Source: an uncultured delta proteobacterium
Lineage (GTDB): Bacteria; Desulfobacterota; Zymogenia; Zymogenales; Zymogenaceae
NCBI GenBank assembly: GCA_963792965.1
Contig: CAWBYW010000007.1
Span: 128,001 to 192,000 of the forward strand
DNA: 64,000 nucleotides
Direction: 5' to 3'
The position numbers and the translations under genes are program-made. Shown here one piece after another: positions 19,759-29,071 of the stretch (positions are counted from its first letter, which is position 1; each line of letters begins with the position of its first letter). A model generated the notes under the pieces. It saw only the letters and a program-made list of their open reading frames with translations, made no database searches and had not been told where the DNA came from.

Positions 19759-20699
19759 ATACGCCCGAGTTCCAAGAGCGTGAGGAACAACCCCAGCCGC
19801 AGGAAGTAGAGGAAGGCGCGGCCGAGCCGTCCGAGCTTTCCGACAAAGACTTCGAGCAATTCCCCGATAAGTCCTTCGTCGTAAAAGACCTGCTTCCCAC
19901 TCGGGAAAAGACCGACGATAACGTCGTCGACAGGGGCGAGGATGAAGTCAATAAGGAAACGCTCAGCGACGTCCGGCCGATACTCAAGGTCATCGAAGGC
20001 AATATCGTTCAAAAGACCGAAGACCTCATGAAGGATTCCGGCGGCTCGCCGCGAAGCTGGTCGCGCCTTGAGGATTTCTCCCACTTTGACGACGTGGACC
20101 CGGTCGACTCGACGGTGTGGCTTTCTCACCTCAATCCGAAAATGCCGATGGCGCTCCTCCGCAAGCGAAAGCTCAAGGGCGGAGCACTGGCTATCGTGCG
20201 CGATATCAGCTCTTCCATGACCGGGAGCCGCGCTCAGTGGTCTTCCATGCTGATCCTTGGGCTTGTCCGTATCGCGCGAAAGAGACGGATGCGGCTTGGC
20301 TATCTCGAGTTCAATCACCAATCGACAAAATTCCTGAGGAACAGGACTTTCTTCAACCGTTCGTATACCCGTATCGGCGATATTGCATCGCGATGTCGAT
20401 GCAGCGGGTTCACCAACTACCAACTCCCGCTTCTGGACGCCATCAAGGAGTTCAAAGACGTGTCCGACAGGATAAAGCACGTCGTGTTTATTACTGACGG
20501 AAGACCCACGGAAGGGGACCGGGAGATCAGCCGCGAGATAAAGATCGCCCAGAAGGATGGAATAGCGGTCCATTCTATCTATATCGGGAAGAAGGAATCC
20601 CCGGAGATCCTCAGGACGCTGTCGAAGAAGACGGGAGGGGCCCATTTTCAGGTAGGGCCGGATGAGAACGGGAGTCTGAAGCTGAAAACATTGACATAA
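19743..20699 (+). CDS. Acidic linker plus vWA domain, open in the -1 frame from the A10 run
   Basis: Stop-free frame from 19743 (LNTPEFQEREEQPQPQEVEE...); MIDAS DISSSM, GFTNY, VFITDGRP. Confidence 0.82.
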   Translation, partial: RKKKLNTPEFQEREEQPQPQEVEEGAAEPSELSDKDFEQFPDKSFVVKDLLPTREKTDDNVVDRGEDEVNKETLSDVRPILKVIEGNIVQKTEDLMKDSGGSPRSWSRLEDFSHFDDVDPVDSTVWLSHLNPKMPMALLRKRKLKGGALAIVRDISSSMTGSRAQWSSMLILGLVRIARKRRMRLGYLEFNHQSTKFLRNRTFFNRSYTRIGDIASRCRCSGFTNYQLPLLDAIKEFKDVSDRIKHVVFITDGRPTEGDREISREIKIAQKDGIAVHSIYIGKKESPEILRTLSKKTGGAHFQVGPDENGSLKLKTLT

Positions 20700-20740
20700 T
20701 GCTGATATTATTATGCATGCCTAATAATTGAGGTTTGCCG

Positions 20741-21883
20741 ATGACACACGACGAGATTCTCAAGGAAATGAAGGCGGTGGCCCAAGACCCCGTCGCTGCG
20801 GCTCGGAAATTCAAGCAGAAATATAACAGGCCGGTCTTCGGTTACTTCTGCACCTACACCCCCGAGGAGATCATTCACGCCGCGGGGGGCATTCCGTTCA
20901 GGATCATCGGACAGAAGAAGGGCGTCGTCTGTTCCGATGCCCACCTCCAGAGCTATTCCTGCTCGCTGGTGAGAACAGGGCTCGATATGGCGCTGACAAA
21001 ACAGCTTGATTTTCTGGAGGGGGCCGTTTTCCCGCATACGTGCGATTCCATACAGCGTCTCTCCGACATCTGGCGAATAAACACGGACTACTCGTTTCAC
21101 GCCGATATCGTGCTGCCCGTTAAACTTCAGACCGAAAGTGCGAGAACCTACCTGATCGAAGAGCTCACGTCCTTTCTCAAGAAACTGGAGGCGTATACAA
21201 AGCATGAGATCAGCGTGCCCTCGCTCAACGAAGCCATCGGGCTCTATAACACCATGAGGACCAACCTCACGCGACTTTACGCGGCCAAGCAAGAGAATCC
21301 CGAAATAATTCATTCCAGCGCCGTCAACGACTGCGTCCAGGCCGCCATGTTCATGCCCGTGGAAGAACACAACTCTCTCATGGGCGAGCTGCTCTCGCTC
21401 ATCGGGAAGAAGAACACCAGCGCACGGCCGACCAGGATATTTCTTGTCGGAAACCTGTGCGTCTTCGACGAGATATACGACTATATCGAGGCGGCAGGGG
21501 GGACCGTCGTCGGCGACGACATGTGCACGGGCTCGCGCTATTTTGCCCTTAACGCCGACGGTAAATCGTCAAAGCCGATCCAGGCCCTTGCGGATCGGAT
21601 CATCAACCGGCCGATATGCGCCGCAAAACACAATCCCCTGCTTGACCGCGGGGTCTACCTGAAAGGGATAGTGCAGGATAGCGGGGCGCAGGGGGTCATC
21701 TTTCTGATGCTTAAATTCTGTGATCCGCACTCCTACGACTATCCGTACCTGAAGGAGTCGATGGACGAATTGAAGGTGCCCCATATGCTGCTCGAGACGG
21801 AGATGGACAATCCCTCACTCGGGCAGATCAAGACCCGTATTGAAGCGTTCATGGAGATGATAGGAGACAGCCGTGGCAGATGA
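20741..21883 (+). CDS. 2-hydroxyacyl-CoA dehydratase / benzoyl-CoA reductase family subunit
   Basis: CTYTPEEIIHAAG, PHTCDS, DDMCTGSR, KFCDPH, TRIEAF. Confidence 0.88.
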   Translation: MTHDEILKEMKAVAQDPVAAARKFKQKYNRPVFGYFCTYTPEEIIHAAGGIPFRIIGQKKGVVCSDAHLQSYSCSLVRTGLDMALTKQLDFLEGAVFPHTCDSIQRLSDIWRINTDYSFHADIVLPVKLQTESARTYLIEELTSFLKKLEAYTKHEISVPSLNEAIGLYNTMRTNLTRLYAAKQENPEIIHSSAVNDCVQAAMFMPVEEHNSLMGELLSLIGKKNTSARPTRIFLVGNLCVFDEIYDYIEAAGGTVVGDDMCTGSRYFALNADGKSSKPIQALADRIINRPICAAKHNPLLDRGVYLKGIVQDSGAQGVIFLMLKFCDPHSYDYPYLKESMDELKVPHMLLETEMDNPSLGQIKTRIEAFMEMIGDSRGR

Positions 21884-23114
21884 AAAGATAAGAGATCCTG
21901 AAAAGGAAAAGAAGAAGTTTCGTTCGGCTAAGGCCATGAGAGAGCTGATGACGCGCTACTACACCGAGTCCAAGATCGCGGAGAGTAGCGGCAACAAGAA
22001 GATCGCCTGGATCACCTCGGGCGGGCCGGTGGAAGTGTTGCACGCCATGGACGTCATCCCTATCTACCCGGAGAACCACGGGGCGATGCTCGGGGCGTCC
22101 AAGATGAGCGTGGAGATGTGCGGCGTCGCCGAGGACATGGGGTACTCCCGTGACCTCTGCTCGTACTTCCGCGGAGATATCGGGAGCGCCGTGACCAAGA
22201 AGAGCCCGATCCCCGGCGGGTTGCCGAAGCCCGATTTCGTCATCGCGTGTAATAACATCTGCGGCACCGTCACGAAGTGGTACGAGGTGCTGGCGCGCTT
22301 CTTTAACGTCCCGATGTTTCTCATAGACACGCCGTTCATCCATCAGCACAAATCGGAAGCCGGTCTGCGATACGTGAAGGCCCAGATGGAGGAGTACATT
22401 CGATTCCTGGAAGAGCAGTGCGGAAGGTCCATGGACAGGGACCGCCTCAAGGAAGTCGGCAAGCTCTCGGTGGAAGGGGTTCGGCTCTGGAATGAAGTGC
22501 TCTCTACCTGCGAGCACAGGCCCGCACCGATGAGCTGTTTTGACGCATTCTTCTTCATCGCCCCGATCGTGACGCTCAGGGGTACGCAGGAGTGCAACGA
22601 TTTCTACGTCGGCCTCCTGGCCGAGCTGAAGCAGAGGATAGCGGATGGGGTGGCGGCGGTCGATAACGAAAAGTATCGTCTCCTCTGGGACAATATACCG
22701 GTCTGGTTTGCGCTTAGGCCCCTCTCGGAGCTTTTTGCGTCAAGTCAGGCGTGTCTCGTCGCCGATACCTACACCAACGCCTGGACCAGGGCGTGCCTCG
22801 ATCCGGATAACCTCATCGAGACGATGTCCCGCTCGTACACCGAGGTTTATCTCAACATCGACATCGAGCTGATGGTCGCCGAGATAGAGGCCCTCATTAA
22901 ACGCTACTCGGCCGACGGCTTTGTCATTCACTCAAATCGCTCGTGCAAACCCTATTCCCTGGGTCAGCTGGACATCGCGCGAATAATTCAGAAAGATCTC
23001 GGGATCCCGACCGTCATCGTCGAGGCGGATATGACCGACGAGCGGTCATACTCCGAGGCGCAGACGAGGACACGCGTCGAGGCTTTCATCGAGAACCTCA
23101 AGCACTCGGCGTGA
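21873..23114 (+). CDS. 2-hydroxyacyl-CoA dehydratase / benzoyl-CoA reductase family subunit
   Basis: YPENH, GYSRDLCSY, PKPD..NNIC, HSNRSCK, TRVEAF. Confidence 0.88.
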   Translation: MADEKIRDPEKEKKKFRSAKAMRELMTRYYTESKIAESSGNKKIAWITSGGPVEVLHAMDVIPIYPENHGAMLGASKMSVEMCGVAEDMGYSRDLCSYFRGDIGSAVTKKSPIPGGLPKPDFVIACNNICGTVTKWYEVLARFFNVPMFLIDTPFIHQHKSEAGLRYVKAQMEEYIRFLEEQCGRSMDRDRLKEVGKLSVEGVRLWNEVLSTCEHRPAPMSCFDAFFFIAPIVTLRGTQECNDFYVGLLAELKQRIADGVAAVDNEKYRLLWDNIPVWFALRPLSELFASSQACLVADTYTNAWTRACLDPDNLIETMSRSYTEVYLNIDIELMVAEIEALIKRYSADGFVIHSNRSCKPYSLGQLDIARIIQKDLGIPTVIVEADMTDERSYSEAQTRTRVEAFIENLKHSA

Positions 23115-23199
23115 GAACCGCCCGGATGTCGCGTGCCCTGATATGTGGGGTGAAAGGCAAGGAGACTACCCGAAAATGGCGCGTGCCCCGTTTCGTGCG

Positions 23200-23430
23200 A
23201 TGGTCGAAGTGAGGCTCTTCGGGTCCTTCAGGCGATACGCGAAGGATAAGAAGGGCCTGAGGATGGAGGCCGCCGATCTGTGCGATGTCTTGAAGGATCT
23301 CCCGGTCGAGCGCGGAGAGGTGGGCCTGGTGCTCATCAACAGGCGTCCCGTGGAGTCGGTGTGGAAGGGCCCACATCAATTGAATGACGGGGATCTGATA
23401 GAGATATACCCCATCGCCACCGGAGGGTAA
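23200..23430 (+). CDS. MoaD/ThiS family sulfur carrier
   Basis: VEVRLFG...LNDGDLIEIYPIATGG with C-terminal GG. Confidence 0.85.
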   Translation: MVEVRLFGSFRRYAKDKKGLRMEAADLCDVLKDLPVERGEVGLVLINRRPVESVWKGPHQLNDGDLIEIYPIATGG

Positions 23431-25335
23431 GTGGCATCCGGCTACTGGAACAAGATCCTGAGGGTCAACCTCTCCGATAAAACCTACCGTGTCGAAGACC
23501 TCGACGAAGGGTTCATGAGAAAGTATCTGGGGGGGAGAGGGCTCGCCCTCCCCTTTTTCCTGAGGGAGACCGCGCCGGGTCTCGACCCCTTTTCACCAGC
23601 CAATCCGATCATCTTTGCCTGCGGAGCCCTGACGGGGGCCGCAGGACCCGCCATTCCACGCTTTACCGCCGTATCGAAATCACCCCTGACCAATGGGCTC
23701 GGGGCATCGGAGGCCGGGGGATTCTGGGGCCCTGAGTTGAAGAACACGGGGTATGACGCCCTCATTGTAGAGGGGAAGGCGCCCAAACCGGTCTATCTTT
23801 TCGTTAGTGAGGAGCGGGTCGAGTTTCACGATGCGGCCGGAGTGTGGGGAAAGGAGACCGGCCCGGCCCAGGAAGGCATCAGGGGGGAGCTTGGAGACGG
23901 ACGGGCGCGTGTCCTTATCATCGGCCCGGCGGGAGAAAGGCTCGTGCGGTTTGCGGGCATCGGAAACGAGCTTGCCCACTATAACGGTCGAAACGGACTT
24001 GGGGCCGTGATGGGGAGCAAAAACCTCAAGGCGGTGGCTGTCCGCGGCACAAAGAAGCTTCCGATTGCAGACGAGGCGGCGCTCAGAGAGATCGCCCGGG
24101 AGTTCGCGCGAACGTTCAAGGACAATAAACAGGGATGGACGCTCTTTGAATACGGCACCCCCGCTACGGTCGATGCCCTCGTCGGCTTCGGTGCCCTCCC
24201 GTCCAGAAACTGGGAGACAGGGGTATCGGAGAATGACAAGGGCCTCTTCTGCGATCGGTATAACGAGGAGATCCTCGTGTCTCGAAAGGGCTGCTTTGCC
24301 TGTCCGATACGATGCAAGCGCGTGGTGAAAGTCTCGGAGGGGGATCTGGCCGTGAACGGGGACTACGGGGGACCCGAATACGAGACGATCGCGGCCCTCG
24401 GCTCCAATTGCGGTATATACGATCACCGGGTCATCGCCAAGGCCAACGAGTCGGCCGACCGGTTTGGGATGGATACGATCTCGCTCGGCATGACGATCGC
24501 GTTTGCCATGAGATGCTACCGGGAACGTCTCCTGACGAAAGCGGATACGGGCGGGATCGATCTCGAATTCGGGAGCCGTGATGCGCTGCTTTCCGTCATC
24601 GAGATGACGGCTCGGCGGGAGGGAGTAGGGGACCTCATCGCCGAGGGTTCGGTCAGGATGGCGCGCATCGTGGGTAAAGGCTCGGAGCGATTTCTTGTCG
24701 AGACAAAGGGCCAGGAGGTGGCGATGCACGACCCCCGCATCAAAACGGGGGTCGGGATAGGCTACGCCGTCTCCGATATCGGGGCCGATCATATGGTCTC
24801 TCCTCACGACCCGTTCTTCACGGACGAAAAGTCGCCGTCGTTTATCGGCTCCCGTATCCTCGGGATCAAAGAACCATCGGGCCTTTTCGAGATGACGAAC
24901 AACAAGGCGGTTAACTTCGGCATCGCCGCGCGCTACTGGAGGATGCAGGACTGCCTCGGCTGCTGTCACTTCGGGTTTATGCCGCGCGGCCCCATGGAAA
25001 TCGACAAGCTCATTGAGATGATAAACGCGGTCACCGGCTGGAACGTCGGCATGGCGGAGCTCCTCACGGCGGGGGAGCGAGCGATCAGCCTGTCACGGAT
25101 ATATAATCATCGGGAAGGTTTTTCCCGGCAGGATGACCGCCTTCCCGCGAAATACCACGAGAATATGGCAGACGGTCCCTACCAGGGAAAACTCGGCATC
25201 GACGGCAAGAAGTTCGAGGATCTCCTCTGTTCATACTACGAGGAATTCGGGTGGGATCCCGAGACCGGCTACCCAACGCTGGAAAAGATACGCGAACTGG
25301 GTCTCGATGGGTTCACTCCTGGGGCCGGCTCGTAG
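23431..25335 (+). CDS. Aldehyde:ferredoxin oxidoreductase (tungstopterin AOR family)
   Basis: KILRVNLS, SKSPLT, GRNGLGAVMGSKNLKA, CFACPIRC, GPEYET, GMDTIS, DDRLP. Confidence 0.93.
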   Translation: MASGYWNKILRVNLSDKTYRVEDLDEGFMRKYLGGRGLALPFFLRETAPGLDPFSPANPIIFACGALTGAAGPAIPRFTAVSKSPLTNGLGASEAGGFWGPELKNTGYDALIVEGKAPKPVYLFVSEERVEFHDAAGVWGKETGPAQEGIRGELGDGRARVLIIGPAGERLVRFAGIGNELAHYNGRNGLGAVMGSKNLKAVAVRGTKKLPIADEAALREIAREFARTFKDNKQGWTLFEYGTPATVDALVGFGALPSRNWETGVSENDKGLFCDRYNEEILVSRKGCFACPIRCKRVVKVSEGDLAVNGDYGGPEYETIAALGSNCGIYDHRVIAKANESADRFGMDTISLGMTIAFAMRCYRERLLTKADTGGIDLEFGSRDALLSVIEMTARREGVGDLIAEGSVRMARIVGKGSERFLVETKGQEVAMHDPRIKTGVGIGYAVSDIGADHMVSPHDPFFTDEKSPSFIGSRILGIKEPSGLFEMTNNKAVNFGIAARYWRMQDCLGCCHFGFMPRGPMEIDKLIEMINAVTGWNVGMAELLTAGERAISLSRIYNHREGFSRQDDRLPAKYHENMADGPYQGKLGIDGKKFEDLLCSYYEEFGWDPETGYPTLEKIRELGLDGFTPGAGS

Positions 25336-25579
25336 CCGGTCGGCGCGTGCCGAGAGGCCTTAGGGGGCGCAGGGAGCAACTGTTGAGATGTTCGCCCCGC
25401 CTCCGTAAGGGGAGAGACGGGGATTATTCCCCATAGGAACCCCGAACGAGACCGGCGGCCGCGGACGGCCGTCTTTCGGATCCTCATGGCTCAGCGTGAG
25501 AAAAAGACTGGGACCTGGACGCCTCCCCGGGTAGACCTTCCCGGCTTACGGGGCCTTTTAGACGAGGATTATCCCGACG

Positions 25580-26314
25580 ATGCGCACCGCAATCGTTTCC
25601 GACATCCATGGAAACCTCGTTGCCTTTCGTTCCTCTTTAGAGGCGTTGGGCGGCATTGGGGCCGATCGAATCCTCTGCCTCGGGGATATCGTCGGTTACA
25701 ACCCGTGGCCCAACGAATGCGTCGATATTATCAGGCAAATGGCGATTCCGGCCGTCATGGGAAATCACGATCGAGTGGCGGCGGGAATAGAAGAGCCGGA
25801 TAGATTCAACAGCAGCGCGCGGGAGGCGATTCTCTGGACAAGGGAACTCCTGACCAGGGAAAACCGCGATTTCCTGGCAAGCCTTCCCGACCGGATGTTC
25901 ATCGGGGATTCGATCGTCCTGGTGCACGGGTCTCCCCGGGAGCCGGATGAGTATATCATCTCGACCGATAGTGCCAGGGAGAACATGCGGTTCATGAGCG
26001 AAAAACTGTCGATCCGGATCGGGTTTTTCGGCCATACTCACATCGCGTCTGCCTTCGTTCAAAAGGGAGATAACGTCGCGGCGCTCAAACCGGAACGGGC
26101 GGTCCTTGAAGGTGGACTCAGCTATCTGATCAATCCCGGGAGTATCGGGCAGCCCCGGGACGGGGACGTACGAGCCTCTCTTCTGATCTACGATTACGAA
26201 GCCAACTCCGTTGAATTCTTTCGCGTCGAGTACGATATCGGTGCCGTCTCTCGGGCGATCTCAGACGCGGGGCTTCCAACGTTTCTGGCCAGGAGACTTT
26301 TTTTAGGGAGGTGA
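25580..26314 (+). CDS. Metallophosphoesterase
   Basis: SDIHGN, LGDIVGY, GNHD, VHGSP, GHTH, NPGSIGQPRDG. Confidence 0.92.
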   Translation: MRTAIVSDIHGNLVAFRSSLEALGGIGADRILCLGDIVGYNPWPNECVDIIRQMAIPAVMGNHDRVAAGIEEPDRFNSSAREAILWTRELLTRENRDFLASLPDRMFIGDSIVLVHGSPREPDEYIISTDSARENMRFMSEKLSIRIGFFGHTHIASAFVQKGDNVAALKPERAVLEGGLSYLINPGSIGQPRDGDVRASLLIYDYEANSVEFFRVEYDIGAVSRAISDAGLPTFLARRLFLGR

Positions 26315-26392
26315 AGAAAAGACTTGAAAAAATAGGGGTTTAATGTTACATAATAGATTGTTTTTTTGTTCCCTTTTTCAGGAGGAATAGAA

Positions 26393-27124
26393 ATGAAGAA
26401 GGTGCTGGTCTTATTCTCGGTTCTGATATTGGCAGGCTTCGTTTGCGCCGTCGCGTTTGCCGAAACTCCGGCCGACGTGATCAAGAAGGCCGATGAACTC
26501 TATAACAAGAAAGACATGGCGTCGGTAAAAGAGGCCATCAAACTCCTTGAAGGCGTTAAGGCGGGAAGTGAAGAGGCCGCATGGAAATACGCCAGGGCCT
26601 CGTATTGGGTGGGGACAAGGACGGACAATAAAGACGCACAGGGGCAGATATTTAATAATGCGTATGAGACCCTGAGGCCCTATTATGACAAGGGCTCCAA
26701 GGATATCAACACAAACTACTGGTTCGCACTGAGCGCCGGCAAATACGGGAAGATTCATGGCATACTCAAAAGCCTTTTCCTCGTAAAGCCCATGAAAAAC
26801 GCGTGTAATATCGTCATCGCTAAAGATCCGGGATACGAGCAGGGCGGCGCCCTGACAATCCTCGGCGCGATCGAATACGAAGTCCCGGGTGGCGATTATG
26901 GTAAGACCATCGAATATTGCACCAAAGCCTTAAAGTATGACCCCGCCGGTATTTCGCCGAACCTCTACCTTGCCAAGGCGTATTACAAGAAAGACGCATA
27001 TCCCAAGGCCAAAGAGAGACTCGACTACCTGATTGCCAACGCCAAGCCTGCGACAAAAGACGATCAGAAAGACATGGCGGAAGCCAAAGAGCTCCTCGCA
27101 AAAGTCATCAAGAAGATGAGTTAG
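26393..27124 (+). CDS. Secreted TPR-repeat protein, paralog A
   Basis: Signal peptide ending AFA; helical repeats WKYARASY, NYWFALSAGKY. Confidence 0.75.
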   Translation: MKKVLVLFSVLILAGFVCAVAFAETPADVIKKADELYNKKDMASVKEAIKLLEGVKAGSEEAAWKYARASYWVGTRTDNKDAQGQIFNNAYETLRPYYDKGSKDINTNYWFALSAGKYGKIHGILKSLFLVKPMKNACNIVIAKDPGYEQGGALTILGAIEYEVPGGDYGKTIEYCTKALKYDPAGISPNLYLAKAYYKKDAYPKAKERLDYLIANAKPATKDDQKDMAEAKELLAKVIKKMS

Positions 27125-27193
27125 TAGGATTATCGTGTTATGGCGGCAGGGAGGGGGTAACTCCCCTCCCTGCGTTACTGAGAGGAAATAAGC

Positions 27194-27889
27194 GTGGAAA
27201 AAACGGGCAAGTCCATACTGAAAGAGGCGCTTAAGAAGGGACAAAAGAATCTGTCCGAGCATCAGTCGAAGCTCTTCCTGGAGGCCCACGGGGTCCCGGT
27301 AACGCGGGAGGAAATGGCGGCAACACCGGACGAGGCGGTCAAGATCGCCAAGAAAATCGGGTTTCCGGTCGTGCTCAAGGGTGAATCGCCGGAGCTTACT
27401 CATAAGACAGAGCTGAATGTCATTGAGCTCAATGTCGTGAGTGACGAGCAGGTGCGGGCGGCTTACGACCGAATCATGGGTACGGGGGTAGTTCCCAAGG
27501 GCGGGATCCTTGTTCAGGAGATGATCAAAGGTCAGAGGGAGCTGGTGGTTGGGCTCTCCCGCGACCCGCAATTCGGCCCCTGTGTCATGTTCGGCCTCGG
27601 CGGCATATATACGGAGCTCCTCAGAGACGTCTCGTTTCGCGTCGCACCGCTGAGCGAATATGATGCGCTCCAGATGATGGAAGAAATCAAGGCGAGGAAG
27701 ATCCTCGACGAATTCCGCGGAAAACCCGCCGTCGATAGGAAAGTGCTGGCAAAGGCCCTGATCGCCGTCGGTCAGATCGGACTCGACTACGAAGAGGTAA
27801 AGGAACTGGACATCAATCCCCTCATCATATCGGGGAACAAACCGGTCGCGGTAGACGCGCTGGTCATACTGTCAAACGGGAAGAAATAG
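27194..27889 (+). CDS. ADP-forming acyl-CoA synthetase beta subunit (ATP-grasp)
   Basis: IGFPVVLK, HKTE, RDPQFGP.VMFGLGG, ELDINPL, VAVDA. Confidence 0.9.
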   Translation: MEKTGKSILKEALKKGQKNLSEHQSKLFLEAHGVPVTREEMAATPDEAVKIAKKIGFPVVLKGESPELTHKTELNVIELNVVSDEQVRAAYDRIMGTGVVPKGGILVQEMIKGQRELVVGLSRDPQFGPCVMFGLGGIYTELLRDVSFRVAPLSEYDALQMMEEIKARKILDEFRGKPAVDRKVLAKALIAVGQIGLDYEEVKELDINPLIISGNKPVAVDALVILSNGKK

Positions 27890-27950
27890 CCCAGGGCGTT
27901 CCTGAGGAAAAAGAAATCAGACGAGCCTTCCGTATGACATACGGGAGAGA

Positions 27951-27980
27951 GAAACCGATCCTTACGTGATCGGTTTTTTG
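27951..27980 (+). terminator. Intrinsic terminator
   Basis: AAACCGATC-loop-GATCGGTTTTTT. Confidence 0.65.
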
Positions 27981-28148
27981 TTTCGGCCCAGCGTTCTTGT
28001 CATTCGTCGTTGACGGTTGTCGCGTGAGTACCTGTGGACACGGATGGAGAACCCCGCTCGGGTCGGAAAATTAAAATATTGTCTTGTAAATTCCAGAGCT
28101 TAATGATAAATTATAATAATTGTTTCATACCATTAGTCAGGAGGGAAT

Positions 28149-28898
28149 ATGAAAAAGTATCTGTTATTTGTGTTGTCCGTTTTCGTTGCTCTTACTTTCG
28201 CGCTGATGGCGTTTGCCGCCACGCCCGAGGAGATCTTCAAACAAGCCGACGATGCGTATGCAAAAAAGGATAATGCGGCCATTAGAGAGAGCATGAAGGC
28301 ACTTGAGGCCCTCATCGCCACCAACGAAGGGGCGGCGTGGCGGTACGCACGCGCTTCGTATCAGTATGGGGTAAACGTCACGGACGAGAAGACCCAGGAT
28401 TCGGTTTTCAAGGCGGGGTACAAGGCCGTGGATCCGTTCTATAAAAAAGGCTCGAAAGACGTCAATACGAACTATTGGTTTGCACTTACCACGGGAAAAT
28501 ACGCGAATTTCCACAAGTTTGACGCCTGGAAGAGCGGACTGGCCGAAGAGATCAAGAAAGCCTGCGGTAAAGTTATCGCGACCGACCCCGGCTATGACGA
28601 TGGAAACGCCTATTCGGTCCTCGGGGCGGTATACTACAAACTATACGTGACACCGCTGGTCAAGGGCGGGGACCTGGATAAGGCGATCGATAACCTGAAA
28701 AAGGCATTGAAGTATCGCCCGGAGAGCATCTTCGTCAACCTGACCCTCGGGCAGTCCTACTATGAAAAGAAGATGTACAAAGAGGCGAAGCCCTATCTTG
28801 AGACCGCGCTGAAGGGTAAGCCGGCAAACAACGACGACAAGAAATACCTGAAAGAGGCCCAGGAAACCCTGGCCAAGGTCAATAAGAAGCTGCAGTAG
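28149..28898 (+). CDS. Secreted TPR-repeat protein, paralog B
   Basis: Signal peptide; WRYARASY, KGSKDVNTNYWFAL and DPGY shared with 26393..27124. Confidence 0.75.
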   Translation: MKKYLLFVLSVFVALTFALMAFAATPEEIFKQADDAYAKKDNAAIRESMKALEALIATNEGAAWRYARASYQYGVNVTDEKTQDSVFKAGYKAVDPFYKKGSKDVNTNYWFALTTGKYANFHKFDAWKSGLAEEIKKACGKVIATDPGYDDGNAYSVLGAVYYKLYVTPLVKGGDLDKAIDNLKKALKYRPESIFVNLTLGQSYYEKKMYKEAKPYLETALKGKPANNDDKKYLKEAQETLAKVNKKLQ

Positions 28899-28976
28899 TG
28901 AAGGTGCGAGAACCGGAAGGGTCGTGCCGACGCCGGCACGGATTCTCTGTTCCAGACGATTGTTGAGGCTTTCTGT

Positions 28977-29017
28977 AAGAAGGGGAAAGGCGCGTAGGCG
29001 CGTTTCCCCTTCTTCTT
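28977..29017. terminator. Hairpin between convergent genes, probable bidirectional terminator
   Basis: AAGAAGGGGAAAGGCGC...GCGCGTTTCCCCTTCTT. Confidence 0.5.
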
Positions 29018-29071
29018 AGTGACCCACAATCGAACGGTCTCGGGCCTTTAGGTGTCTGCGAAGACCTCGGA

